Source: an uncultured Prevotella sp. (GTDB lineage: Bacteria; Bacteroidota; Bacteroidia; Bacteroidales; Bacteroidaceae). From it: 64,000 nt of DNA. A program made the position numbers and the translations under genes. The notes beneath the pieces were generated by a model that did not search any database, was not told the DNA's origin, and saw nothing but the letters and a program-made list of their open reading frames with translations. Of the stretch, positions 52,934 through 61,569 are shown piece after piece (the first letter of the stretch is position 1; each line of letters opens with the position of its first letter). The stretch spans positions 50 to 64,049 of the forward strand of contig CAJODK010000002.1 in NCBI GenBank assembly GCA_905233245.1, given 5' to 3'.

Positions 52934-52970
52934 TCCCCCGCTTCTTATTAAAAAAACTTAAAGGCACCAC

Positions 52971-53018
52971 AACTTTCAACCTTCAACTTTCAACTCTCAA
53001 CTAAAATCAGTACCTTTG
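52971..53018 (+). promoter_or_regulatory. (ACTTTCA)4 tract plus -7 box TACCTTTG (53011-53018), rarA promoter
   Basis: Read directly from the sequence; ATG follows 8 nt after the box. Confidence 0.8.
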
Positions 53019-53026
53019 CAGGTTGT

Positions 53027-54298
53027 ATGGCGCCATTGGCAGAACGTTTGCGTCCTAAGACGCTCGATGAATACATAGGACAGAAGCACCTCGTAGGGGA
53101 AGGAGCGGTGTTGCGACGAATGATTGATTCGGGGCACATCAATTCGTTTATCCTATGGGGGCCTCCGGGAGTGGGCAAGACCACGCTGGCGCAAATTATC
53201 GCCAACAAACTCGACACCCCTTTCTATACTCTCTCCGCCGTCACCAGTGGTGTCAAGGACGTTCGTGATGTCATCGACAAAGCCAAGAACAATCGTTTCT
53301 TCTCACAGACTTCCCCCATTCTCTTCATCGACGAGATACACCGTTTCTCCAAGTCTCAGCAGGACTCCCTGCTCGGTGCCGTAGAGCGAGGTATCGTGAC
53401 CCTCATCGGTGCTACGACGGAGAATCCCTCCTTTGAGGTCATCCGTCCTCTGCTCTCCCGTTGCCAACTCTACATCCTTAAGTCCTTGGAGAAGGACGAC
53501 CTCATGGAACTCCTCAATCGCGCCGTCACTACCGACGAGGAACTCCGCAAACTCGACATACGCCTCACCGAGACCGAGGCCCTGATGCGCTACAGCGGTG
53601 GTGACGCCCGTAAGTTGCTCAATATCCTGCAACTCGTCGTCGAGTCAGAGTCAAGTAATACGATAGAGATTACCAACGACCTTGTGGTAAGTCGCCTGCA
53701 ACAGAATCCTATGGCGTACGACAAGCAGGGTGAAATGCACTACGACATCATCTCAGCCTTCATCAAGTCCATACGAGGCAGCGACCCCGATGCTGCACTC
53801 TATTGGATGGCACGCATGATAGAGGGTGGCGAAGACCCTGAGTTCATTGCCCGCCGCATGGTCATCAGTGCCTCCGAGGATATCGGCCTTGCCAACCCCA
53901 ATGCTCTCCTGCTCGCCAATGCCGCCTTTGACACGGTGATGAAGATAGGATGGCCAGAGGCACGCATCGCCCTTGCTGAGGCCTGCGTATATCTCGCCAC
54001 CTCACCCAAGTCCAACTCCGCCTATTGTGGCATAAACGACGCCCTTGCCCTGGTCAAGGAGACTGGCAATCTACCCGTGCCCTTGCATCTGCGCAATGCT
54101 CCTACTAAGCTCATGGCGGAACTAGGTTACAGCGACGGTTACAAGTACCCTCACGACTACCCCGACCACTTCACCCCACAACAGTATATGCCTGACCAAC
54201 TCCGTGACCACCGCATCTGGCATGCCCAGCATCAGCCTATCGAGGAACGTCAGTATCAGCAGATGATTCGTACATGGGGAGAGAGATTTAAGGATTAA
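53027..54298 (+). CDS. rarA: Replication-associated recombination protein A (MgsA/RarA)
   Basis: PLAERLRP, GPPGVGKT, DEIHRF, GATTENP, SAFIKSIRGSD, VPLHLRNAPT. Confidence 0.96.
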   Translation: MAPLAERLRPKTLDEYIGQKHLVGEGAVLRRMIDSGHINSFILWGPPGVGKTTLAQIIANKLDTPFYTLSAVTSGVKDVRDVIDKAKNNRFFSQTSPILFIDEIHRFSKSQQDSLLGAVERGIVTLIGATTENPSFEVIRPLLSRCQLYILKSLEKDDLMELLNRAVTTDEELRKLDIRLTETEALMRYSGGDARKLLNILQLVVESESSNTIEITNDLVVSRLQQNPMAYDKQGEMHYDIISAFIKSIRGSDPDAALYWMARMIEGGEDPEFIARRMVISASEDIGLANPNALLLANAAFDTVMKIGWPEARIALAEACVYLATSPKSNSAYCGINDALALVKETGNLPVPLHLRNAPTKLMAELGYSDGYKYPHDYPDHFTPQQYMPDQLRDHRIWHAQHQPIEERQYQQMIRTWGERFKD

Positions 54299-54314
54299 AG
54301 ATTATAGACTAAAG

Positions 54315-57086
54315 ATTAAGAAACTACTCTCCATAGCGCTACTCTTTCTTGCCATAACAATCGTTGGGGCAGGTGGTAATTCCTCCCCTCTCTCACAGAG
54401 AGGGGCTGGGGGTGAGTCCGATACCGACACTATCGCCCTCGACTCCCTTCATCAGGCCATCCTCGCCTACAATAAGGCTGTCGATGACTCCATCAAGGCC
54501 GACTCCCTCAATCGCACTAAGAAGAGCACCATCGAGGCGCCAGTGGATTACGTTGCCAAGGACTCCTTCGTCTATTACGCTGACACCAAGCGCGCCTTCC
54601 TCTATGGCACTTCCAATGTGAAGTACGAGAATATGGACCTCAAGGCGGAGAAAATCAATATGTCTCTCGACAGCAATATCGTACGTGCCACGGGTGCTAT
54701 GGATACCGTCAAGAAGCAGCGCTACGGCCTGCCTGTCTTCATGATGGGCAGCGACAAGTACGAGACCGACACTATGGCATTCAATTTCAAGTCCAAGCGT
54801 GGTCTCATACAGAATGCCTACACCCATCAGGAGGATGGTTTTCTGCTCTCAGAGCGCTCTAAGCGCGACAGTTCGGGCACCTTCTATCTCAAGCGCGGCC
54901 GCTACACCACCTGTGACGACCCTCACCCTGACTTCTACATCGCTCTCACCCGCGCCAAGGTGCGTCCTGGCAAGGATGTCATCTTCGGTCCTGCATATCT
55001 CGTAGTACAGGATGTACCTTTGCCACTTGCCATACCGTACGGTTTCTTCCCCTTCACGAAGAGTTACTCCAGCGGTTTCATCATGCCAACCTATGGTGAT
55101 GAGATGGACAGAGGCTTCTACCTGCGTGACGGTGGCTACTATTTCGCCATCAGTGACAAGATTGACCTCAAGCTCCTCGGCGAAATCTTCACCAAGGGTT
55201 CATGGGGCATCAGTGCCGCCTCCAACTACCGTGTGCGCTACAAGTACTCCGGACAGTTCTATGCCTCCTATCAGGACTCGCGCACTGGTGATGAGGGCAT
55301 CGACCAAACCAGAAACACCAGTTTCAAGATACAGTGGAGCCACACTCAAGACTCGAAGGCCAACCCCTACACCAGCCTGCGTGCCAGTGTCAATTTCGCC
55401 TCCATCAGTTACGAGCGCAACAACCTCACCTCCATGTACAATCCCACCACGCTGACGCAGTCCACTCGTACCTCGTCAATATCGTGGAGCACAGGATTCA
55501 GCAGTCTGGGCATGACCCTCAGCGGTGGTACCAATATCACACAGCAGATGCGTGACTCCACCATCGACCTCACTCTCCCTGACCTCAATATCTACATCTC
55601 GCAGTTCTATCCCTTCAAGCGCAAGAATGCAGTAGGCAAACAGCGTTGGTACGAGAAAATCAACATGTCCTACACAGGACGCATCACCAACACTATCCAC
55701 GCCAAGGAAGACCGTATCTTCAAGGCCAATCTCGCTCGCGAATGGCGCAACGGCTGGATGCACACCATACCTGTCAAGGCCACCTTCAATCTGGCCAAAT
55801 ACATCAATGTTACGCCGTCCTTCAATTTCACTGACCGCATGTACACCCAGCGCATCAAGCGTTCGTGGGATCAGGACACACAGAAGGAGGTACTCGACAC
55901 CGTACAGGGATTCTACAATGTCTATAACTGGAACATGGCGATTGACCTCAATACGAAAATATACGGATTCTTCGTCCCCAACCGTCGCATCTTTGGCGAC
56001 AAGGTGCAGGCCATACGTCATGTCTTCACCCCCAAGGTGGGTTTCACCTACGCCCCCGACTTCTCCACCTCCCGCTACGGCTACTACGACACCTATCAGA
56101 AGGTAGATGCCGATGGTGTGCCCTTCGGCGACCCTGTCAAGTATTCCTACTACGCCAACAATGTCTTTTCAGGACCTGGCTCAGGCAAGACAGGCCGTGT
56201 CACCTTCTCCATCGACAATAATATCGAGGCCAAGATACGCTCCGACAAGGACTCTACCGGCATACGCAAGATAAGTATCATCGACCAACTCGCCGCCACC
56301 ATGTCCTACAATATGGCTGCCAAGGAGAAACCCTGGAGTGACCTCAATGTCAATCTGCGCCTCAAGTGGTGGAAAAGCTACACCTTCAGTATGAATGCCG
56401 TCTTCGCCACCTATGCCTACGAACTCGATAAGAACGGCAATCCCTACGTGGGCAACCGCACCGAGTACAGCAAGGGACGCTTCGGCCGCTTCCAGGGTAT
56501 GTCGCAGAATATCCACTACACCATCACTCCTGAGAAGATACGCCGACTCTTCGGACGCAACAAGGACAAAGACAAGAAGGATGAAGGAAAGAAGGATGAG
56601 ACCGTCGATACTGGCGTAGAGACCAATATAGACCCCACCATGACGGCCGCTGCCAATGCCGCAGAGAAGAAGAATGCAGGCCTCGCTGAGACCGACGATG
56701 ACGGCTACCTCAAGTTCTCCATGCCTTGGAGCCTCACCATCAGTTATGGTATCACCATGCGTGAGAACACCGCAGGCACCTTCGACAAGGAGCGTATGCG
56801 CTATCCATACAAGTACACCCAGAATCTCAATTTCTATGGCAATATACGCCTTGCTGACGGTTGGAATATCTCCTTCAACAGCGGCTACGACTTCGACCAG
56901 CACAAACTCAGTATGACCACTGCCTCCCTGGCTCGTGACCTTCACTGTTTCTCCATGTCCTGCTACGTAGTTCTCGCCCCTTACACCTCCTACAATTTCT
57001 CCTTCCGCTGCAACGCCTCCACCCTCACCGATGCCCTCAAGTACGACAAGCGTTCCAGCTACAGCAACAGTGTGAAATGGTACTAA
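54315..57086 (+). CDS. lptD: Putative LPS-assembly outer-membrane protein LptD; N-terminus extended to a probable ATT start at 54315
   Basis: YTTCD..HP, PFTK..SSG.IMPTYG, RDLHC, C-terminal WY; the frame is open upstream of 54543 and encodes a signal peptide. Confidence 0.8.
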   Translation: MKKLLSIALLFLAITIVGAGGNSSPLSQRGAGGESDTDTIALDSLHQAILAYNKAVDDSIKADSLNRTKKSTIEAPVDYVAKDSFVYYADTKRAFLYGTSNVKYENMDLKAEKINMSLDSNIVRATGAMDTVKKQRYGLPVFMMGSDKYETDTMAFNFKSKRGLIQNAYTHQEDGFLLSERSKRDSSGTFYLKRGRYTTCDDPHPDFYIALTRAKVRPGKDVIFGPAYLVVQDVPLPLAIPYGFFPFTKSYSSGFIMPTYGDEMDRGFYLRDGGYYFAISDKIDLKLLGEIFTKGSWGISAASNYRVRYKYSGQFYASYQDSRTGDEGIDQTRNTSFKIQWSHTQDSKANPYTSLRASVNFASISYERNNLTSMYNPTTLTQSTRTSSISWSTGFSSLGMTLSGGTNITQQMRDSTIDLTLPDLNIYISQFYPFKRKNAVGKQRWYEKINMSYTGRITNTIHAKEDRIFKANLAREWRNGWMHTIPVKATFNLAKYINVTPSFNFTDRMYTQRIKRSWDQDTQKEVLDTVQGFYNVYNWNMAIDLNTKIYGFFVPNRRIFGDKVQAIRHVFTPKVGFTYAPDFSTSRYGYYDTYQKVDADGVPFGDPVKYSYYANNVFSGPGSGKTGRVTFSIDNNIEAKIRSDKDSTGIRKISIIDQLAATMSYNMAAKEKPWSDLNVNLRLKWWKSYTFSMNAVFATYAYELDKNGNPYVGNRTEYSKGRFGRFQGMSQNIHYTITPEKIRRLFGRNKDKDKKDEGKKDETVDTGVETNIDPTMTAAANAAEKKNAGLAETDDDGYLKFSMPWSLTISYGITMRENTAGTFDKERMRYPYKYTQNLNFYGNIRLADGWNISFNSGYDFDQHKLSMTTASLARDLHCFSMSCYVVLAPYTSYNFSFRCNASTLTDALKYDKRSSYSNSVKWY
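54381..54419 (+). repeat. C/G-rich palindromic element, in-frame just after the LptD signal peptide
   Basis: CCCCTCTCT-CAC-AGAGAGGGG followed by CTGGGGGTGAG. Confidence 0.85.
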
Positions 57087-58387
57087 GCGAGTTTATAGCC
57101 CTGCACAAGGACGACGACATCCGTACCCTCGCACTGCAGAAGATGCCTGAGGGCATAGATGCCAAGTGGGTACTCCAGCAGATAGAGGGCTACCAGATAG
57201 CCAAGAAGAAACTCCCAACATGGGTTCAAGGGTTCAAGAGTTCCAAAGTTCAAGGGGTTCTGTTCCCTCCCCGCCTCTCTCTCGAACAATGCTCCAGTGA
57301 GTCCACTGCCCGCTACAAAGCGCAGTTGGTTCTGCACTCCCCTTTTACTCCCCCTTCTACTCCCACTTTTACTCCCTCTTTTATAGATTTAACCGCTGGC
57401 TTCGGTGTTGACTTCTCCTATATGGCGCAAGGTTTTCAGCACGCCATCTACGTGGAGCCAAACGAAGAACTCTGCCACATCGCCCGTCACAATCTTCCCA
57501 TTCTCGGACTCCCCCATGCCCAGGTCATCAACACCACCTGTGAGCAATTTCTCTCCTCTGGACTCTCACCTCTAACCTCTCCGCTCGGCTCTGCCGCTTT
57601 GCACAGCAAAGACCTCTCACCTCTAACCATCTACCTCGACCCCTCCCGTCGTTCCTCCTCCGGTCATAAGGTTATGACCATCGAAGACTGCACCCCCAAT
57701 CTCCTCGACCTGCAGGACCGTCTCCTTGAGATAGCCGACACCGTCATCGTCAAACTCTCCCCCATGCTCGACATCACCGATGCCCTGCGCAAACTAAAGG
57801 GCGTCACTGAGGTGCATGTTGTGAGTGTAAAGAATGAGTGCAAGGAACTCCTGTTTGTGATGAAAGGAGAGGGAGGCGTCACCATCCACTGTGTGAATCT
57901 CGAGACGGATGAGCCAGACTTCATTGCCCCCCTTCAGCCCCAAGGGGCTACAAATGTAGCAATTGCAGAAGACGTATCAGCTGGTGGGCTTCTCTTTGTC
58001 CCTAACAGTTCCATCCTCAAGGCAGGTCTTCAGGATGTCTTCGCCCAGCGCTACGGACTACAGAAACTTGCACCCAATTCCCACTTGTATGTTCAAGAGT
58101 GCAAGGGGGCAAGGGTTCAAGAGGTTCCCGTTCCCGTTAACGTTCCCGTTGAACTCCCAGCCCGCCAGTTCCGCCTCCTCGGCATCAGCGATTTCAGCAA
58201 GGCAAGCCTCAAGACATTCCTCAGGGACATTCCGCAAGCCAATCTCGCAGTGCGCAATTTCCCCTCCGATGTGGCGACCTTACGCCGCCGCCTGAAAATC
58301 AAGGAAGGTGGCAGCGATTATCTCTTCGCCACCACCCTCGCCGACGGTACCCACGTCCTTCTCCGTTGTCAGAAGGTCACTTCATGA
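57077..58387 (+). CDS. Class I SAM-dependent methyltransferase with THUMP-like domain
   Basis: SLEQCSS, DLTAGFGVD, YLDPSRR, KLSPMLD, C-terminal VRNFP..LKIKEGG. Confidence 0.85.
   Translation: MVLSEFIALHKDDDIRTLALQKMPEGIDAKWVLQQIEGYQIAKKKLPTWVQGFKSSKVQGVLFPPRLSLEQCSSESTARYKAQLVLHSPFTPPSTPTFTPSFIDLTAGFGVDFSYMAQGFQHAIYVEPNEELCHIARHNLPILGLPHAQVINTTCEQFLSSGLSPLTSPLGSAALHSKDLSPLTIYLDPSRRSSSGHKVMTIEDCTPNLLDLQDRLLEIADTVIVKLSPMLDITDALRKLKGVTEVHVVSVKNECKELLFVMKGEGGVTIHCVNLETDEPDFIAPLQPQGATNVAIAEDVSAGGLLFVPNSSILKAGLQDVFAQRYGLQKLAPNSHLYVQECKGARVQEVPVPVNVPVELPARQFRLLGISDFSKASLKTFLRDIPQANLAVRNFPSDVATLRRRLKIKEGGSDYLFATTLADGTHVLLRCQKVTS
57563..57628 (+). repeat. Twin-hairpin cassette, copy 3, in-frame in the methyltransferase
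   Basis: 60/61 identical to 15740-15800 and encodes the same peptide. Confidence 0.95.
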
Positions 58388-59156
58388 GCGCCTCAAAGAG
58401 TTGGTCGAGAGCAGCATCAGCGTTGCCCTCGTTTTCGCCCAGCAGAGTAACGAATTTCGACCCTATGATAGCACCAGCGGCATTATCCTGCGCAGCCTTC
58501 AGTGTCTGGGCATTGCTGATGCCGAAACCTATCATACGGGGATTGCGCAACTGCATAGCGTTGATGCGACGGAAATACTCCTGTTTCTCCTCATCGAAAC
58601 TCTTCTGCGTACCCGTGATGGAAGCCGAACTGACCATATATATGAAGCCGTCGGTATTCTCATCTATGAATCGTATGCGCTCCTCGCTGGTCTCTGGTGT
58701 GATAAGCATGATGATGCGCAGGTCGTACTTGTCTGCTATGGGTTTCACTACGTGCAGATAGTCATCAAAAGGCAGGTCGGGGATGATGGCGCCACTGACG
58801 CCAGCCTCCACACAACTCTTGCAGAATTCCTCTATGCCGTAGTGCATGACAGGATTGAGATAACCCATCATCACAAGGGGTATCTCCACCTGGTCCTTTA
58901 TGGCCTGTAGTTGGGTGAAGAGCGTCTTGAGGTTCATGCCGTTCTTCAGTGCCTGCGTGGCAGCGCTCTGTATGACAGGTCCGTCAGCCAGCGGGTCGCT
59001 GAATGGAATACCCACTTCCACCATAGCGATGCCCTTATTCTGCATCGCCAGGATTACGTCCCCCGTGCCTTCCAGCGTAGGATATCCGGCACAGAAATAG
59101 AGTGACAGGAGTTTCTCATCCTTGCTACTCTCAAATAGTTTATTAATCTTGTTCAT
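58377..59156 (-). CDS. trpA: Tryptophan synthase alpha chain
   Basis: EVGIPFSDPLADGPVIQ, IIPDLP, GFGIS, IIGS. Confidence 0.97.
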   Translation of the reverse strand: MNKINKLFESSKDEKLLSLYFCAGYPTLEGTGDVILAMQNKGIAMVEVGIPFSDPLADGPVIQSAATQALKNGMNLKTLFTQLQAIKDQVEIPLVMMGYLNPVMHYGIEEFCKSCVEAGVSGAIIPDLPFDDYLHVVKPIADKYDLRIIMLITPETSEERIRFIDENTDGFIYMVSSASITGTQKSFDEEKQEYFRRINAMQLRNPRMIGFGISNAQTLKAAQDNAAGAIIGSKFVTLLGENEGNADAALDQLFEALMK

Positions 59157-59757
59157 TATATATCTGTTTTAAAAAATTACGAAGTACTTCTACATTCTTC
59201 AGTCCCGGCTCTGTCTCGAAACGTGAATTGAGGTCTATGCCTATGCACTTGGGATGACTGAATGTCCTTACCCTCTCTGCGTCGTCAGGACCTATGCCGC
59301 CACTGAGCAGAAACGGCGTCTCACCGTCGTAGGCATCGAGCACGCTCCAGTCAAATTTCTCCCCGTTGCCTCCCACACTCTTGCCTTTTGTGTCAAAGAG
59401 GAGGGCACCGACGAGCCCTCTGTAGTCCTCAGCCTTCTTCAGGTCGTCCGTTGTGGCTATATTGAGAGCCTTGATGATGCCACAGTCCACCTTCAGATTG
59501 CGGATGTATTCTGCACTCTCACGGCCGTGCAGCTGTACGTAGTCGAGAGCATACTCTCTGGCGATGCGCTCCACCCGCTCCATGCTCTCATCCACGAAGA
59601 CGCCTACACGCCTGCACTGCGTAGGCAGATACCCCGGACGCTCGCTGACACAGCGGCTTGACTTCGGCCAGAATATGAATCCCATCATATCCACGCCCAG
59701 CGCTTCTACCTCGCGTATGTTATCGGCATCGCGCATGCCACATACCTTTACTATCAT
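59143..59757 (-). CDS. trpF: Phosphoribosylanthranilate isomerase
   Basis: KVCG, QLHG, LFDT, GGNGEKFDW, LSGGI, DLNSRFE. Confidence 0.95.
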   Translation of the reverse strand: MIVKVCGMRDADNIREVEALGVDMMGFIFWPKSSRCVSERPGYLPTQCRRVGVFVDESMERVERIAREYALDYVQLHGRESAEYIRNLKVDCGIIKALNIATTDDLKKAEDYRGLVGALLFDTKGKSVGGNGEKFDWSVLDAYDGETPFLLSGGIGPDDAERVRTFSHPKCIGIDLNSRFETEPGLKNVEVLRNFLKQIYNEQD

Positions 59758-60524
59758 AGCCTTGAGATGAATTCTTTCAGTGCCTCACCAGGGGCGGTGG
59801 TCTTCATGAAATTCTCGCCTATGAGGAAACCCCTGAAACCAGCCTCTCGCAGTGCCTTCACCGTGTCGGGGTTCGAGATGCCGCTCTCGCTCACCTTCAC
59901 AGCGTCCTTTGGGAGCAGTTCGGCGAGACGGAAACTATTCTCCACATCCGTCACGAAGGAACCTAGATTGCGGTTGTTGATACCACAGAGATCGGGCTCC
60001 AGTTCGGCATACTCCAGTTCCCTCTCGTCGTGCATCTCCAGCAGCACCTCCATACCGAGTTCGTGCGCCTTGTCCATGAGCACCTTGCAGCGCTCCTTAG
60101 TCAGACAGGCGGCAATGAGCAGTACCGCAGAAGCACCGCAGAGCGCCGCAGCATACAGTTGTGCCTCGTCGATGACGAAGTTCTTGTACAGCACAGGCAG
60201 TGTGACACCCGACCTTTTCGCCATGCGGATGAAGTCGTCACATCCCCCGAAGTACTGTTCGTCGGTGAGGATGCTGAGCGCCGCAGCACCATTCTGCTGA
60301 TATGCCAGCGGTATGATGTCGGCACGTCCGTCCTCCTTTATCCATCCCTTCGATGGCGAGCGACGCTTAAATTCCGCTATGATGCCCGTCTCGCTCTGTA
60401 GGAGTGCCTCGCGCAGGGAAAGCCTCACCCCTACCCCCTCCCCCGCAGGGAGGGGAACTGTTGAACGGAGTTCTTCTACTTCTTTACGCTTGTAATCTAC
60501 GATTTCCTGTAGTATATCTTTCAT
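59754..60524 (-). CDS. trpC: Indole-3-glycerol phosphate synthase (ATG at 60524)
   Basis: IAEFKRRSPSKG, SILTD, GINNRNL, VSESGI. Confidence 0.95.
   Translation of the reverse strand: MKDILQEIVDYKRKEVEELRSTVPLPAGEGVGVRLSLREALLQSETGIIAEFKRRSPSKGWIKEDGRADIIPLAYQQNGAAALSILTDEQYFGGCDDFIRMAKRSGVTLPVLYKNFVIDEAQLYAAALCGASAVLLIAACLTKERCKVLMDKAHELGMEVLLEMHDERELEYAELEPDLCGINNRNLGSFVTDVENSFRLAELLPKDAVKVSESGISNPDTVKALREAGFRGFLIGENFMKTTAPGEALKEFISRL
60422..60456 (-). repeat. C/G-rich palindromic element, in-frame in trpC (PLPAGEGVGVR)
   Basis: CCCCTCCC-N5-GGGAGGGG plus GTAGGGGTGAGGC tail on the - strand. Confidence 0.85.
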
Positions 60525-60529
60525 CGTCT

Positions 60530-61540
60530 CTATGAGTTCAGTTCCACGAATTTCTTGAAGGTGCTGAGTGCCTTTCCGCTGTCTATGCTCTCGCGCGCTA
60601 TCTCTATGCACTCCTCTATGCTCTTCTCACCCTTCTCCAGCACCTGGATACCGAAGGCAGCATTCGCCAGCACAATATTCTTCTGGGCAGGCAGGGCGCG
60701 GTTTTCCAGTACGGCGTCGAATATCTCCGCTGCCTCCTCTTCCGTAGCGCCGCCCACGAGCTCCTCTGGTTTGGCGATGGCAAATCCCAGATCCTGCGGT
60801 TTGAAGATACGCTCGTAGTTGTTGGTCGTCACCTTGAAGTCGCCCGTCAGCGATATCTCGTCGTAGCCGTCTATCGAGTTCACAATGCCGTAGTCTATCC
60901 CCAACTTACGATACACATTGCTGTAGAGGCGCATCTGGTCGAGGTTGGCAACTCCCAGCAACTGGCACTTCGGCTGTGATGGATTCACGATAGGTCCGAG
61001 GAGGTTGAAGATGGTAGGAAACTGCAGCGCCTTGCGTATCGGTCCCACGAATTTCATCGCCTTGGCGAAGAGCTGTGCGTGCAGATACACTATGCCCGCC
61101 TCGTTGAGCGAACGGTTCAGTTTGTCGATGTCGTCCGTAAACTTTATCCCGTGATGCTGTATCACGTTAGAGGCCCCCGACACGCTCGTAGCGGCGTAGT
61201 TGCCGTGCTTTGCCACCTTGTAGCCCGCACCAGCTATCACGAAGCACGCCGTGGTCGAGATATTGAATGTATTCTTGCGGTCACCGCCTGTGCCCACTAC
61301 GTCGATATAGCGGTCAGCATTCAGTATGGCCGATACACCCGTCTCGAGGATGCCGTCGCGGAATCCCAGCAGTTCATCCACCGTCACGCCCCTCATCTGC
61401 AGGCATGTCAGCAGTGCTGTTATCTGTTCGTTGGGATACTCTGAGTGAGTGATTCCTATCAGTATTGTCTTCATCTCCTCGCGGGAGAGCTCTTCGTGGT
61501 TCAGCAGGCGGAAGAGGTAGCCTTTCATTGTCTGTTCCAT
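60530..61540 (-). CDS. trpD: Anthranilate phosphoribosyltransferase (ATG at 61540 or 61528)
   Basis: DVVGTGGD, FNIST, AKHGN, FNLLGP, DGYDE. Confidence 0.96.
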   Translation of the reverse strand: MEQTMKGYLFRLLNHEELSREEMKTILIGITHSEYPNEQITALLTCLQMRGVTVDELLGFRDGILETGVSAILNADRYIDVVGTGGDRKNTFNISTTACFVIAGAGYKVAKHGNYAATSVSGASNVIQHHGIKFTDDIDKLNRSLNEAGIVYLHAQLFAKAMKFVGPIRKALQFPTIFNLLGPIVNPSQPKCQLLGVANLDQMRLYSNVYRKLGIDYGIVNSIDGYDEISLTGDFKVTTNNYERIFKPQDLGFAIAKPEELVGGATEEEAAEIFDAVLENRALPAQKNIVLANAAFGIQVLEKGEKSIEECIEIARESIDSGKALSTFKKFVELNS

Positions 61541-61569
61541 TTCAATTATCAATTATCTATTTTCAATTT

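Noticed and set aside
54364-54621. 85-aa ORF or frameshift explanation for the missing lptD N-terminus
   Set aside because: The lptD frame itself is open upstream and encodes the signal peptide, so no frameshift is needed.
15740-57628. Twin-hairpin cassettes or tandem tracts as a CRISPR array
   Set aside because: The copies are dispersed, there is no repeat-spacer periodicity, and no cas genes are present.
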